From contig JAKLKB010000042.1 of NCBI GenBank assembly GCA_023150835.1, positions 1 through 44,924 of the forward strand: DNA of 44,924 nucleotides, given 5' to 3'. The translations under genes and the position numbers were made by a program. Shown piece by piece: positions 29,995-39,148 of this stretch. Below the pieces are notes generated by a model that had not been told where the DNA came from, did no database searches, and worked only from the letters and a program-made list of their open reading frames with translations. Positions within the stretch are counted from its first letter, which is position 1. Every line of letters begins with the position of its first letter. The stretch is from Myxococcota bacterium. Lineage in GTDB: Bacteria > Myxococcota_C > UBA6777.

Positions 29995-30290
29995 TGTATA
30001 GCTGCTTCAACCGACTACAGAACAAAAACGCACCTATCCTGCCACACGAGTCCTTTCGGTCAACACCCCCACCCTCACAACCTGTCTTTGCACTTGTTTT
30101 GCCAACACAAACCCACGCAACCTCCCCCCCTGCGTTGCTTTCCTGACACCTTCTTTTGCAACACTTTCGGAGGCGATCTCCTCGACAACATCGGGATGAT
30201 CGAACGGCGATAGACAAACCTTCCGAAACAAGCTACCACACCCCACGTTGTTTGTGTTGTTCATCTGCTCAAGACCGAGGAGCCCCGCTG

Positions 30291-31289
30291 ATGACCGAAG
30301 ATATCGCCTTTTTTGATCTCATCCAACGTCCCCGCCGCAACCGCCGCAGCCCTGCCATCCGCAAGATGGTTCGCGAACATCGCCTCAGCCCTGATCATCT
30401 GGTACTACCGCTATTTTTGCGCGATGGAACAGATATCCAAGATCCGATCCACTCGATGCCGGGATACTTTCGACTGAGCATCGATCACATCGTGCGCGAA
30501 GCCAAAGAAGCCGTTGCGTTGGGCATTCCTGCGATCGCGCTGTTTCCACTGATCGACGATGCCAAAAAAGATCCCCGCGCCACCGAGTCGCTCAACCCAG
30601 ACGGACTTTTGCCCCGTTGTATCCGCGCTCTTAAAGATCAAGTCCCCGATATCGCCGTGATCACCGATGTGGCGATGGACCCCTACTCAAGCGACGGACA
30701 CGATGGCTACGTCGAACGTGGGCGCATCCTCAATGATGTGACCTTGGAGATCCTTGCACAAATGGCCGTAAATCAGGCCAAAGCAGGAGCCGATATCGTC
30801 GCTCCTTCTGACATGATGGACGGACGAGTGGGGGCGATCCGCAGCGCGCTTGATATCGAAGGATTCACCGATACAGGGATTCTCGCCTACTCGGCCAAGT
30901 ACGCTTCGGCCTTCTATGGGCCGTTTCGCGATGCGCTTGACTCCGCTCCGCGTGCGGGTGACAAAAAAACCTATCAGATGGATCCCGCCAACCTACGCGA
31001 AGCCCTGCGCGAAGTCCTGCTCGATATCGAAGAAGGTGCCGATATGGTCATGGTGAAACCCGCACTCGCTTATCTCGATGTGATCGCGGCGGTCCGACAG
31101 ATCGTCGATGTCCCTGTCGCCGCCTACCACGTCAGCGGTGAATTCGCCATGCTCAAAGCCGCCGCCGAACGCGGTTGGCTCAACCTCGAAGCCGCGATGA
31201 TGGAAACCACCCTCGCCATCCATCGTGCGGGCGCTTCGATCCTGCTGACTTATTTCGCTAAAGATATCGCTCGCATCCTCACCCGCTAA
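30291..31289 (+). CDS. hemB: Porphobilinogen synthase (ALA dehydratase), Asp-rich type lacking the Zn-Cys site
   Basis: RPRRNR, DVAMDPYSSDGHDG, APSDMMDGR, SAKYASAFYGPFRDA, MVMVKP, YHVSGE; GAGGAG RBS. Confidence 0.97.
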   Translation: MTEDIAFFDLIQRPRRNRRSPAIRKMVREHRLSPDHLVLPLFLRDGTDIQDPIHSMPGYFRLSIDHIVREAKEAVALGIPAIALFPLIDDAKKDPRATESLNPDGLLPRCIRALKDQVPDIAVITDVAMDPYSSDGHDGYVERGRILNDVTLEILAQMAVNQAKAGADIVAPSDMMDGRVGAIRSALDIEGFTDTGILAYSAKYASAFYGPFRDALDSAPRAGDKKTYQMDPANLREALREVLLDIEEGADMVMVKPALAYLDVIAAVRQIVDVPVAAYHVSGEFAMLKAAAERGWLNLEAAMMETTLAIHRAGASILLTYFAKDIARILTR

Positions 31290-31337
31290 TCCCCGCCCCA
31301 TGAGATTTTTTTCAGATCTTTTGTGAGCTCTGTCTAG

Positions 31338-31772
31338 CTACGGGCGCAGCGGCAAACCGTCCGCATCAGGGATCTCGCCCATCAAGATGCGAACGCCGTC
31401 CACAAGTCCCCATATCCCCGAGACGATCCCGAGGGTAAACACCGACAACAAGATCATCAACACACCCATCCCCGAATAACCGAGATAAAAACGGCCTGCT
31501 CCCAACCCCCCAAGAAAGATCTGCAATAGACCCGCCGCAACACGACTGCACGACGAATACGGCAAGCCTGTCATGGGATCGCGGCCATACGGAGCAGGAA
31601 GATCGCCCGCATACACCACAGGGTGATCATCCTCGTACACTTCGACCACCTCGACACGACGACCACCCCGACCTCGACGTGGACGCTCTTCGTATTCGAC
31701 TTCTTCATAACGTCCACGACCACGACCACGTCTCTCATCACGATCTGGATCAAAATCCCGATAACGCCCCAT
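31338..31772 (-). CDS. TM2-domain membrane protein with a charged N-terminal tail
   Basis: SRVAAGLLQIFLGGLGAGRFYLG...WGLVDG...DADGLPLR; GGAGG RBS. Confidence 0.88.
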   Translation of the reverse strand: MGRYRDFDPDRDERRGRGRGRYEEVEYEERPRRGRGGRRVEVVEVYEDDHPVVYAGDLPAPYGRDPMTGLPYSSCSRVAAGLLQIFLGGLGAGRFYLGYSGMGVLMILLSVFTLGIVSGIWGLVDGVRILMGEIPDADGLPLRP

Positions 31773-31845
31773 CTTTGCCTCCTTTGTGTTCTTACTCGTT
31801 CGACAGCCAAAGTCTTCTTGCTCGTTCGACAGCCAAACCTTCTCG

Positions 31846-32289
31846 CTATTTCGACAACCAAGCGCGCAACATCCACAAGTGTACGCGCTGTTGATCACCG
31901 ATACCGTCCAACACATTCGTTGTTTTGCGATCTTTGTTTTCTTCGCTGATCTCGATCACAGCTTCCATCTGCTTGATCAACGCATCGAGATCTTCGGCCA
32001 AGTTCTGCACCATCGACCGTGACTCTGGGCGACCGATCTCTTCTTTCAACGTTGCCTTCGCCAAGATCGCCGACAGCGTTCCAAGCGGAGTCCCACCCAA
32101 CATCAAGATCCGCTCGGCCAACTCATCGACCACCAACGCCCACTCTGTATACAATTCCTCAAACTTCAGATGCAGCTCAAAGAACTTATCCCCACGCACA
32201 TTCCAATGATAATTGCGCAACTTTTGATAAAAAACGCTGGCGTTGGCCATCAAACCCACCAAAGCCTCGACAACATTTGTTTGACTCAT
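31846..32289 (-). CDS. dps: Dps-family DNA starvation/stationary-phase protection protein
   Basis: YHWNVRG..FFELHLKFEELY, DELAERI ferroxidase motif, terminal WML. Confidence 0.93.
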   Translation of the reverse strand: MSQTNVVEALVGLMANASVFYQKLRNYHWNVRGDKFFELHLKFEELYTEWALVVDELAERILMLGGTPLGTLSAILAKATLKEEIGRPESRSMVQNLAEDLDALIKQMEAVIEISEENKDRKTTNVLDGIGDQQRVHLWMLRAWLSK

Positions 32290-32325
32290 GGTCTTTTTCC
32301 TTTCGCAGATGACACGGTTATCCAA

Positions 32326-32835
32326 GAGAAGCCACGATTTGCTGTAACAGTCCTGTTCTTGGGCAGCCACAGGGGGCTGCCCCTACATCGGTCGATTTGC
32401 TGTAACAGTCCTGTTCTTGGGCAGCCACAGGGGCACTCGGACCAACTAATTCTATCCCATTGAAAAAGAAAGGGTATTGCGTCGACAAATCAATTCACAT
32501 CCCAACACATCGAAAAGCCACTCCCCTACAAGCGGGAGTTCACGAAAAAAGCTTCTGTTGCAACGAACAAGATTCGTTTAAATTGTCCAGCCTTTTTCGT
32601 GATTTGGCATTAGTTGGTCCAAGTGCCACAGGGGCTGCCCCTACATCGGTCGATTTGCTGTAACAGTCCTGTTCTTGGGCAGCCACAGGGGGCTGCCCCT
32701 ACATCGGTCGATTTGCTGTAACAGTCCTGTTCTTGGGCAGCCACAGGGGGCTGCCCCTACATCGGTCGAGAAGCCACGATTTGCTGTAACAGTCCTGTTC
32801 TTGGGCAGCCACAGGGGGCTACCCCTACATCGGTC
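32326..32835. repeat. Tandem array of five 58-bp REP-containing units
   Basis: Unit gatttgctgtaacagtcctgttcttgggcagccacagggggctgcccctacatcggtc at 32336, 32394 (interrupted), 32652, 32710, 32778; gagaagccac precedes units 1 and 5. Confidence 0.93.
32432..32627. mobile_element. MITE family C: 196 bp, 19-bp TIRs (1 mismatch), 5-bp TSD, inserted in a REP hairpin
   Basis: acagg|ggcactcggaccaactaat...attagttggtccaagtgcc|acagg. Confidence 0.88.
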
Positions 32836-33039
32836 GAGCACACTGTGGGCAGACACGACATTCGCTCTTGTTTGCACCAGCACAACGAACGTTTGCGTTC
32901 CCATGCGATCAACGCGGCGCAATATAATCTCTCCCCTTGCGCTGTGCAAACCCACCTCCGAAACCCCGCTCATGGCAAGGGTCTATGCGTTGCAGCACTT
33001 GGTGTGGTAGATCTGCACCCAAACCGTTCGATGACGGCC

Positions 33040-33141
33040 ACAAACACATACACTCCACAGGCAAATACAAACACATACACTCCACAGGCAAATACAAACA
33101 CATACACTCCACAGGCAAATACAAACACATGCACTCCACAG
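33040..33141. repeat. 27-bp tandem repeat x~3.8 (acaaacacatacactccacaggcaaat) just upstream of the sqr RBS
   Basis: Read directly from sequence. Confidence 0.93.
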
Positions 33142-33172
33142 AGTGCCACAACCCCAAAAAGGAGCCTTCGAG

Positions 33173-34378
33173 ATGACCACCGCTCAGCAGTACAACATCT
33201 TGATCATCGGCGCAGGGACCGCAGGGATCGCGATGGCCGCTCGCCTTCGCAAACACTTCCCTGCTGGGCAGATCGCTTTGATCGATCCAGCAGAAAAACA
33301 CTATTATCAGCCGCTTTGGACACTTGTGGGGGCAGGCATCTGTCCGCGAGAAGAAAGCGAACGCAACACCGTCGATCTGATCCCCGATGGCGTCGAATGG
33401 CTCCGCGATGCAGTCGAATCTTTTCAACCCGAGCAAAACACCGTCACGACAAAAAAAGGCGATACCCTCGGATACAAGGTATTGATCGTCGCTCCCGGCA
33501 TCCAGATCAATTGGGGCGCGATCAAAGGACTCAAAGACACACTCGGAAAGAACGGGGTTGCCAGCAACTACGATTACAACCTCGTCCACAAAACATGGCC
33601 GATGCTCCAAGAAGTCCAATCCGGCAACGCCATCTTTACCTTCCCCAATACCTTGATCAAATGCGCGGGCGCTCCACAAAAGATCATGTGGCTCGCCGAA
33701 GAAGCCTTCCGTAAAGCCGGAAAACGCGACAAGATCAACGTCATCTACGCACCCGCGGGAGCCGCCATCTTCGGGGTTCCACGCTACGCCAAGCCCCTCA
33801 ACAAACTGGTCAAAGAACGCGATATCGAAGGCCGCTACAACCGCAACTTGATCGAGATCCGACCCGACAAAAAAGAAGCTGTCTTCGAGATCCTCAAAGA
33901 CAAGATCCCCACAGGCGATACCGAGACGCTTTCGTACAGCTTCCTCCACGTCACTCCCCCACAAAGCGCTCCTGACTTTGTCCGAAACAGCACACTCGCC
34001 GACAAAGACGGATGGGTCGACGTAGACAAACACACCCTCCAACACCACAAGTTCCCGAATATCTTTAGCCTCGGCGATGCAAGCAGCTTACCCTGCTCCA
34101 AAACGGGCGCAGCCATCCGCAAACAAGCCCACTTCCTCGAAGAAAATATCGTCGCCTTCTTTGCAAACAAGCCACTGACCGGCCACTACGACGGTTATGC
34201 GTCTTGCCCCCTTGTCACGGGATACAACAGCGTCATCCTCGCAGAGTTCGGATACGACGGAAAGATCATGGAAAGCTTTCCCTTCGAACAAGACCGCGAA
34301 CGCTTCAGTATGTACGCCCTCAAACGTTATGCCCTCCCTCCCCTCTACTGGCACGGGATGTTAAAAGGCCGCGCCTAA
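33173..34378 (+). CDS. sqr: Sulfide:quinone oxidoreductase (type II-like)
   Basis: GAGTAG FAD fold, HYYQPLWTLVG, IKCAGAPQK and YASCPLVTG catalytic Cys pair, LPPLYW; AAGGAG RBS. Confidence 0.9.
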   Translation: MTTAQQYNILIIGAGTAGIAMAARLRKHFPAGQIALIDPAEKHYYQPLWTLVGAGICPREESERNTVDLIPDGVEWLRDAVESFQPEQNTVTTKKGDTLGYKVLIVAPGIQINWGAIKGLKDTLGKNGVASNYDYNLVHKTWPMLQEVQSGNAIFTFPNTLIKCAGAPQKIMWLAEEAFRKAGKRDKINVIYAPAGAAIFGVPRYAKPLNKLVKERDIEGRYNRNLIEIRPDKKEAVFEILKDKIPTGDTETLSYSFLHVTPPQSAPDFVRNSTLADKDGWVDVDKHTLQHHKFPNIFSLGDASSLPCSKTGAAIRKQAHFLEENIVAFFANKPLTGHYDGYASCPLVTGYNSVILAEFGYDGKIMESFPFEQDRERFSMYALKRYALPPLYWHGMLKGRA

Positions 34379-34436
34379 AAAAACCCCCACCATCCACCCG
34401 ACAATTCACCCGCACAACAGAGCGGATCGTTGAAGG

Positions 34437-35840
34437 CTAGAGATTGTAGCGTTTGCGTTTTCTCCACAGCGTAGCGCGACTGATCCCGAGGATCTCGGCG
34501 GTTTTGGCGACGTTTCCTTTGGCGGCGATCAAGGCCGTTCGGATGCGGTGAGGCTCCATCTCTTGAAGCGAAGAATGCCCGAGAGGAAGGGCTGTTGTGG
34601 GTTTCGGAGGATCGCGGAATTCGGGCGGCAGATCAGCCAAGATCAGTTCCGACGAGCGCCCCACAGCGAACGCATAGGCCACGACATTTTGCAGTTCTCG
34701 GACGTTTCCCGGCCACACGTGATCGAGCAACAAGCGCATCACCTCGGGCGCGATCTGCTCGATCTTTCGGGGGCCGCGCCGATTGTGCTCCTCGATAAAC
34801 CGCCACAACAACAACTCGACATCACCACGCCGCGCATGCAGCGGCGGTAAAAACAACGGCACCACACGCAAGCGATACATCAGATCCTCACGAAAACGCC
34901 CAAGACCCACCTGTTCGCGCAAAGAGCGGTGCGTCGCCGCCACGATCCGAACATCCACCGCCAAAGCCATCGTCCCACCGACAGGAACGACCTTGCGCTC
35001 TTCGAGTACCCGCAACAGCTTGGCTTGAAGATCCAAGGGCAGCTCTGCGATCTCATCAAGAAACAATGTCCCTCCGTCTGCTTGTCGAAAAAATCCCAAG
35101 CCTTCTTTGATCGCCCCCGTAAATGCGCCTTTGACATGGCCGAAAAGCTGGCTTTCCATCAAGGTCGGCGTCAGCGTTGCGCAATTCACCGCAACAAACG
35201 GCTTGTCACGTCGTGAACTTTCCAGATGTAGCGCACGCGCCACAAGCTCCTTTCCCGTCCCCGATTCTCCCCGAATCAAGACGCTCACCCCCATATCCGC
35301 GACTTGGCGGATCGTCACAAAGATGTGGTGCATCGCCGTATCGCGGCTTTGGATGCCATGAAACTCCACCACATCGAGCCTCTCCATCGCAGGAACACGT
35401 GAGGCCGCTGCTTCCGCTTCTTGTGCGGCCTGACGATCCAACACAAGCATCTCCACTCCCCCCGTCAATCGGCCCGCAAGATCAAACCACGCTTTCGCTG
35501 TCTTGCGCACATGGATCGCCTTCCCATCGGCACGGTGCATCACCAACGGGATATCCCGCATCTCGCCGATCTCTGCGATCCCACACGCCACCATACAGTT
35601 CGGACAACGCACCGTTTTTAAGCAATGATGCCCCACCGCTTCGGATGCTTGAAACCCCAACAATGCCTCTGCCGCTGGGTTCCAGTACAACACCGAACGC
35701 TCCGCATCGACCACAAAGACCGCTGTATCAGGCAACATCTCCATCGCCGCAACAAAAACATCCAAGCTGCCGTGTGCCGCAAACCATTGTGCCAATTTTT
35801 CCCGTTGAATCGAGGAAGTATCGTCTTGCTTTTTATCCAT
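34437..35840 (-). CDS. PAS-domain sigma-54-dependent transcriptional activator with Fis HTH
   Basis: GESGTGKE, ESQLFGHVKGAFTGA, LFLDEI, WPGNVREL, LGISRATLWRK; N-terminal PAS (WNPAAEALLG). Confidence 0.93.
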   Translation of the reverse strand: MDKKQDDTSSIQREKLAQWFAAHGSLDVFVAAMEMLPDTAVFVVDAERSVLYWNPAAEALLGFQASEAVGHHCLKTVRCPNCMVACGIAEIGEMRDIPLVMHRADGKAIHVRKTAKAWFDLAGRLTGGVEMLVLDRQAAQEAEAAASRVPAMERLDVVEFHGIQSRDTAMHHIFVTIRQVADMGVSVLIRGESGTGKELVARALHLESSRRDKPFVAVNCATLTPTLMESQLFGHVKGAFTGAIKEGLGFFRQADGGTLFLDEIAELPLDLQAKLLRVLEERKVVPVGGTMALAVDVRIVAATHRSLREQVGLGRFREDLMYRLRVVPLFLPPLHARRGDVELLLWRFIEEHNRRGPRKIEQIAPEVMRLLLDHVWPGNVRELQNVVAYAFAVGRSSELILADLPPEFRDPPKPTTALPLGHSSLQEMEPHRIRTALIAAKGNVAKTAEILGISRATLWRKRKRYNL

Positions 35841-35907
35841 GATCATCCTGCTGTGCTGCCCGTGTGATCGACATCGAAAAAGATCAGAAGCGGATGTGTG
35901 GTCGCGA

Positions 35908-38100
35908 TCACTTGGGGCGATCGGGTGGTTCGCCTTGGGGACGCCCAAACGGCAAAAAGCGGCCTTCGATCCATTCGTCGATGCCCGCCCCGTAGCCCGG
36001 GCCAAAGCGCCGTTCCGAAGCACCACCCGGCATATTGTACCAGCTTCCGTCCTGTTGCATATCCATCACCAGATGAAACGATGGCGCGCCGCGCATCGGA
36101 TGTTCGCGCAACTGCATCACACGAGTCTGAAACGGTGTGGTCGGACTGCCCGGCAAAGACACAGGGCGCTTATCCCATCCCCACCACGCAGGCGTCTGCC
36201 CTTGGGTGATCTGATTGGAAAAACCAAAACACGCAGGCAAGCTCCATGTCCCCGCATCTACGCGGGCTTTGGCTTTCGGCCACGCTTCGCGCAACCACGA
36301 CGCCATCTTCACAGCGTCCACCAGATGCGGCTTTTCGAGCGCAAACGCCTGATCGAAGTGAAACTGAAAACACAGCGTGAACGTGATATCATCAAGCAGA
36401 TGGTGCGCTTTGGGCGCTCCCACCGAGGCCGACAACACCACGCGCAAGATCTCTTGATGCAGCGCATGGAACAAGCCCATCTGCGCTCGATGGTTTGTGA
36501 TATCGGTGATCGGTTCTTGCGCCTCGGCCCACTGCACCAACGACTGAAACTCCGCATCTTCGGGCAACAGCGGCCCCCAAACTCGCATCATCCGCGCCGC
36601 GCACCGATCGACTTCATCATACGAAGCCGCCACCAACGACCGTAACGTATGTTTTTGTTGACGCCCCAAGATCTCTTCCAACCGTTCCCACCGGTAATGC
36701 GGCTCAGGAAGATTGATCCATCTTGTACCGCCCGCACCATCTCTTCGCTCATTCGCCGATATCACTACACCTTCGGGCGGATCGAACCACTGCGGCAGAT
36801 CGCTTTTGTCTAGCGGCAAGACTTCCCGCGTCTCGATATCCCAACCTTGCCTTGGATACGCGCCCGTCCATCCCGCAGGGCGCTGATCCACCGAACCTGA
36901 CTTGATCAAGCCGATCTTTCCGCCACGATCCGCCATCACGCACCACACCGACAACATCTGACCTTTGCGATGGATCGCCATCCCTTCTTCCACACTTCGA
37001 CAATCCATCATCTCCATGATCACGGCCACATCCAGCGCCGTTCTCTCTCGCATCCCCGCCCAGCGCAAACACGGATAATCCCCCTCCACCCAAGGATCGC
37101 CCAACAACGTGCCGTAGGCATGTTCATAAAACACCCATGTCTCGGCCTTTTTCCCTTTGATCCTCACCACCTCTTCACGCCGCAGCGCGAACTCACACCA
37201 CGTCCCACTCGCAAGATAACGCCCTTCCTTGCAGCGCTCGATCAACATATCGATGTTGTCGCCGTGAGCGTTGGTATAACTCCAACCCACCTGATCGTTT
37301 CGGCCTCCGCTCAAAAACGGCAGACCCGGGATACCCATCCCCTGATAAAATCTCCCATCTTCCGCCGTTTCGACATGCAGCGCATACAACAACGGCGGCA
37401 ACTGCCCTGTTTCCATGTGAAACTCGCCCATCAATAGGGCATGACCGCTCTCCGAACGCCCCGCCGAAACAGCAAACGCATTCGATCCTCCCAACCCCAA
37501 CGGAATCAAGATATTGTCCAGTTCCAACACCTTGACACGTCGCAACATCGCTTCGTCGATCCCCTCCACGCTGTCCCCAAGCAAGATCTCCAACAATCCG
37601 CGCTCCGCCCCCCCATGCACCAACTCCAACACCAACGCTTCCGCAAGATGTTGCACCGTCCCCAACGCCATGTACCCCGTGAATCGGTACATCCGCAACA
37701 CATCAAGCGCTGTATACGCACGCCGCTTCAGCCCCAACAACCGCAAGCTCCAAGGCCAACCCCGCGCCTTTGCCCCTGCCGCCACCCCCGCGCAGTACGC
37801 ATCAAAGATATCTTTCGCCCACCCCTCCAACTCTTCCCACGTCTCTTGCAGACGCGCCGAAAAATCCAACGAGCGCACACACCGATCCACCAACCGCGCA
37901 AAGGGTACATCCCCCAATATCTCCATCAATCGGCCTTCGGACGCCATCCGATTCAACTCGATCTGCACCAAACGATCATACGCATGCAAATAACCCCTCG
38001 CATACGCCGATTGCAACTGATCTCGCGCTCGGATCGACGGTGTCCCCCAAGCATCCCTCGTAAAAACAATTGTGCCGCCTTGATGTGCGATCTCTTCCAT
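35908..38100 (-). CDS. Penicillin acylase family (peptidase S45) Ntn-hydrolase
   Basis: RDAWGTPSI, GYLHAYDRL, GSNAFAVS nucleophile site, GRNDQVGWSYTN, SAN, MPGGAS. Confidence 0.88.
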   Translation of the reverse strand: MEEIAHQGGTIVFTRDAWGTPSIRARDQLQSAYARGYLHAYDRLVQIELNRMASEGRLMEILGDVPFARLVDRCVRSLDFSARLQETWEELEGWAKDIFDAYCAGVAAGAKARGWPWSLRLLGLKRRAYTALDVLRMYRFTGYMALGTVQHLAEALVLELVHGGAERGLLEILLGDSVEGIDEAMLRRVKVLELDNILIPLGLGGSNAFAVSAGRSESGHALLMGEFHMETGQLPPLLYALHVETAEDGRFYQGMGIPGLPFLSGGRNDQVGWSYTNAHGDNIDMLIERCKEGRYLASGTWCEFALRREEVVRIKGKKAETWVFYEHAYGTLLGDPWVEGDYPCLRWAGMRERTALDVAVIMEMMDCRSVEEGMAIHRKGQMLSVWCVMADRGGKIGLIKSGSVDQRPAGWTGAYPRQGWDIETREVLPLDKSDLPQWFDPPEGVVISANERRDGAGGTRWINLPEPHYRWERLEEILGRQQKHTLRSLVAASYDEVDRCAARMMRVWGPLLPEDAEFQSLVQWAEAQEPITDITNHRAQMGLFHALHQEILRVVLSASVGAPKAHHLLDDITFTLCFQFHFDQAFALEKPHLVDAVKMASWLREAWPKAKARVDAGTWSLPACFGFSNQITQGQTPAWWGWDKRPVSLPGSPTTPFQTRVMQLREHPMRGAPSFHLVMDMQQDGSWYNMPGGASERRFGPGYGAGIDEWIEGRFLPFGRPQGEPPDRPK

Positions 38101-38221
38101 CTATCCGTATCCTCCACCTTCTTTTGTTCGGAGTGACGCAACTGGCAACAAAAGCCTGTGTTCACGGCATTTCAAGCGGCAGTGTTGCCTGATTGAAAAA
38201 CGTCTGATCGCTCCGCCAACG

Positions 38222-38275
38222 CGGGGTCAAGGGGACAAAGCTCCCTTGCGGGGCGTGGGGTAGCACCCCACAAAA
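38222..38275 (+). repeat. Double-hairpin dispersed palindromic element, copy 2
   Basis: cggggtcaaggggacaaagctcccttgcggggcgtggggtagcaccccacaaaa. Confidence 0.65.
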
Positions 38276-38292
38276 CCCAACCGTGCCGCTCC

Positions 38293-38434
38293 TCTCTTCT
38301 GTTGCTCAGAAAAATCCATAGCGCAACCCCAACGATGCAAACAAGCGCCCGGGCTGATTGCGCCCCATCTGTGAGACAAATACCCCTGAATCGACAAGAA
38401 CTTGCAGCGTCCAATGTGGCTCGAACGACCACGC
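38293..38434 (-). pseudogene. Orphan duplicate of the 3' end of the beta-barrel gene (direct repeat of 42548-42689)
   Basis: 142 bp with 3 mismatches to the copy in the intact gene. Confidence 0.92.
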
Positions 38435-38538
38435 ACAGCGGTGTGCTCGTGTTGATGTCGATTTGTGCGAGGCCGCTCCGCAAATCGTCCGCCCCCTCGT
38501 CTTTACTCTCCTTCTTCCTGTCTTTCTAGCTAAAAAAG

Positions 38539-38625
38539 AAGCAGATAAGAAAAAAGATCAAGAGATCTTTTTTCTTATCTGCTTTACGTACGGATCGTAC
38601 TTCTAAGAATTTTTAGAAGTACGAT
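38539..38625. promoter_or_regulatory. Two adjacent perfect AT-rich inverted repeats (21-bp and 13-bp arms)
   Basis: aagcagataagaaaaaagatc-aaga-gatcttttttcttatctgctt and atcgtacttctaa-gaattt-ttagaagtacgat; function unknown. Confidence 0.55.
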
Positions 38626-38662
38626 TTTTTTGTACCTAAGCCAAACAAAAAAGGAGAAGCAG

Positions 38663-39130
38663 ATGGAACTTCGAGATCGATCTTGGGAGAGAGTCACGAC
38701 AAACAAGGCAACAAGGCGTCTTTTTTCTTTTTACACGAAAGGCTTGTTCTTTTTTTCTTTTTTCTCTTCCCTGCTCGGATGCCAAGAAGCAGCCCCCCCA
38801 AACGGCAATTTCACGATGCACAAAACCAGCAAGCCGCTCATGATCCAAACAGCAGACAGCGCCTTGCATCAATGCTTACAGTTCCAATCTCCCTCCCTTT
38901 CTGGAAAAAGCTACCGCTTTCAAGTGAAAAATACTTGTGTAGATGCACTCAAGTGCAACGTGTTTCTCCATTATACTTGCACAACCAGCCACACCAAAAC
39001 GGCGATGACCTTCGTCCCGCTCCATCAGATCCAAGCCAACCAACAGATCTTACTTCAAAAAAACCTCCAGTCTTGCAAAGGCAGCGCTCAGGTTCTCGCT
39101 CATCGCGCTCGCTGTATGCGTAAATCCTAA
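38663..39130 (+). CDS. Small Cys-rich putative lipoprotein
   Basis: AAGGAG RBS; hydrophobic stretch ending in LLGC lipobox; six further Cys. Confidence 0.7.
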   Translation: MELRDRSWERVTTNKATRRLFSFYTKGLFFFSFFSSLLGCQEAAPPNGNFTMHKTSKPLMIQTADSALHQCLQFQSPSLSGKSYRFQVKNTCVDALKCNVFLHYTCTTSHTKTAMTFVPLHQIQANQQILLQKNLQSCKGSAQVLAHRARCMRKS

Positions 39131-39148
39131 CTTCCAAGGAGTCACCCT

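Noticed and set aside
32971-32990. Sigma-54 promoter upstream of sqr (tggcaagggtctatgc)
   Set aside because: GG-to-GC spacing is 11 nt rather than the required 10
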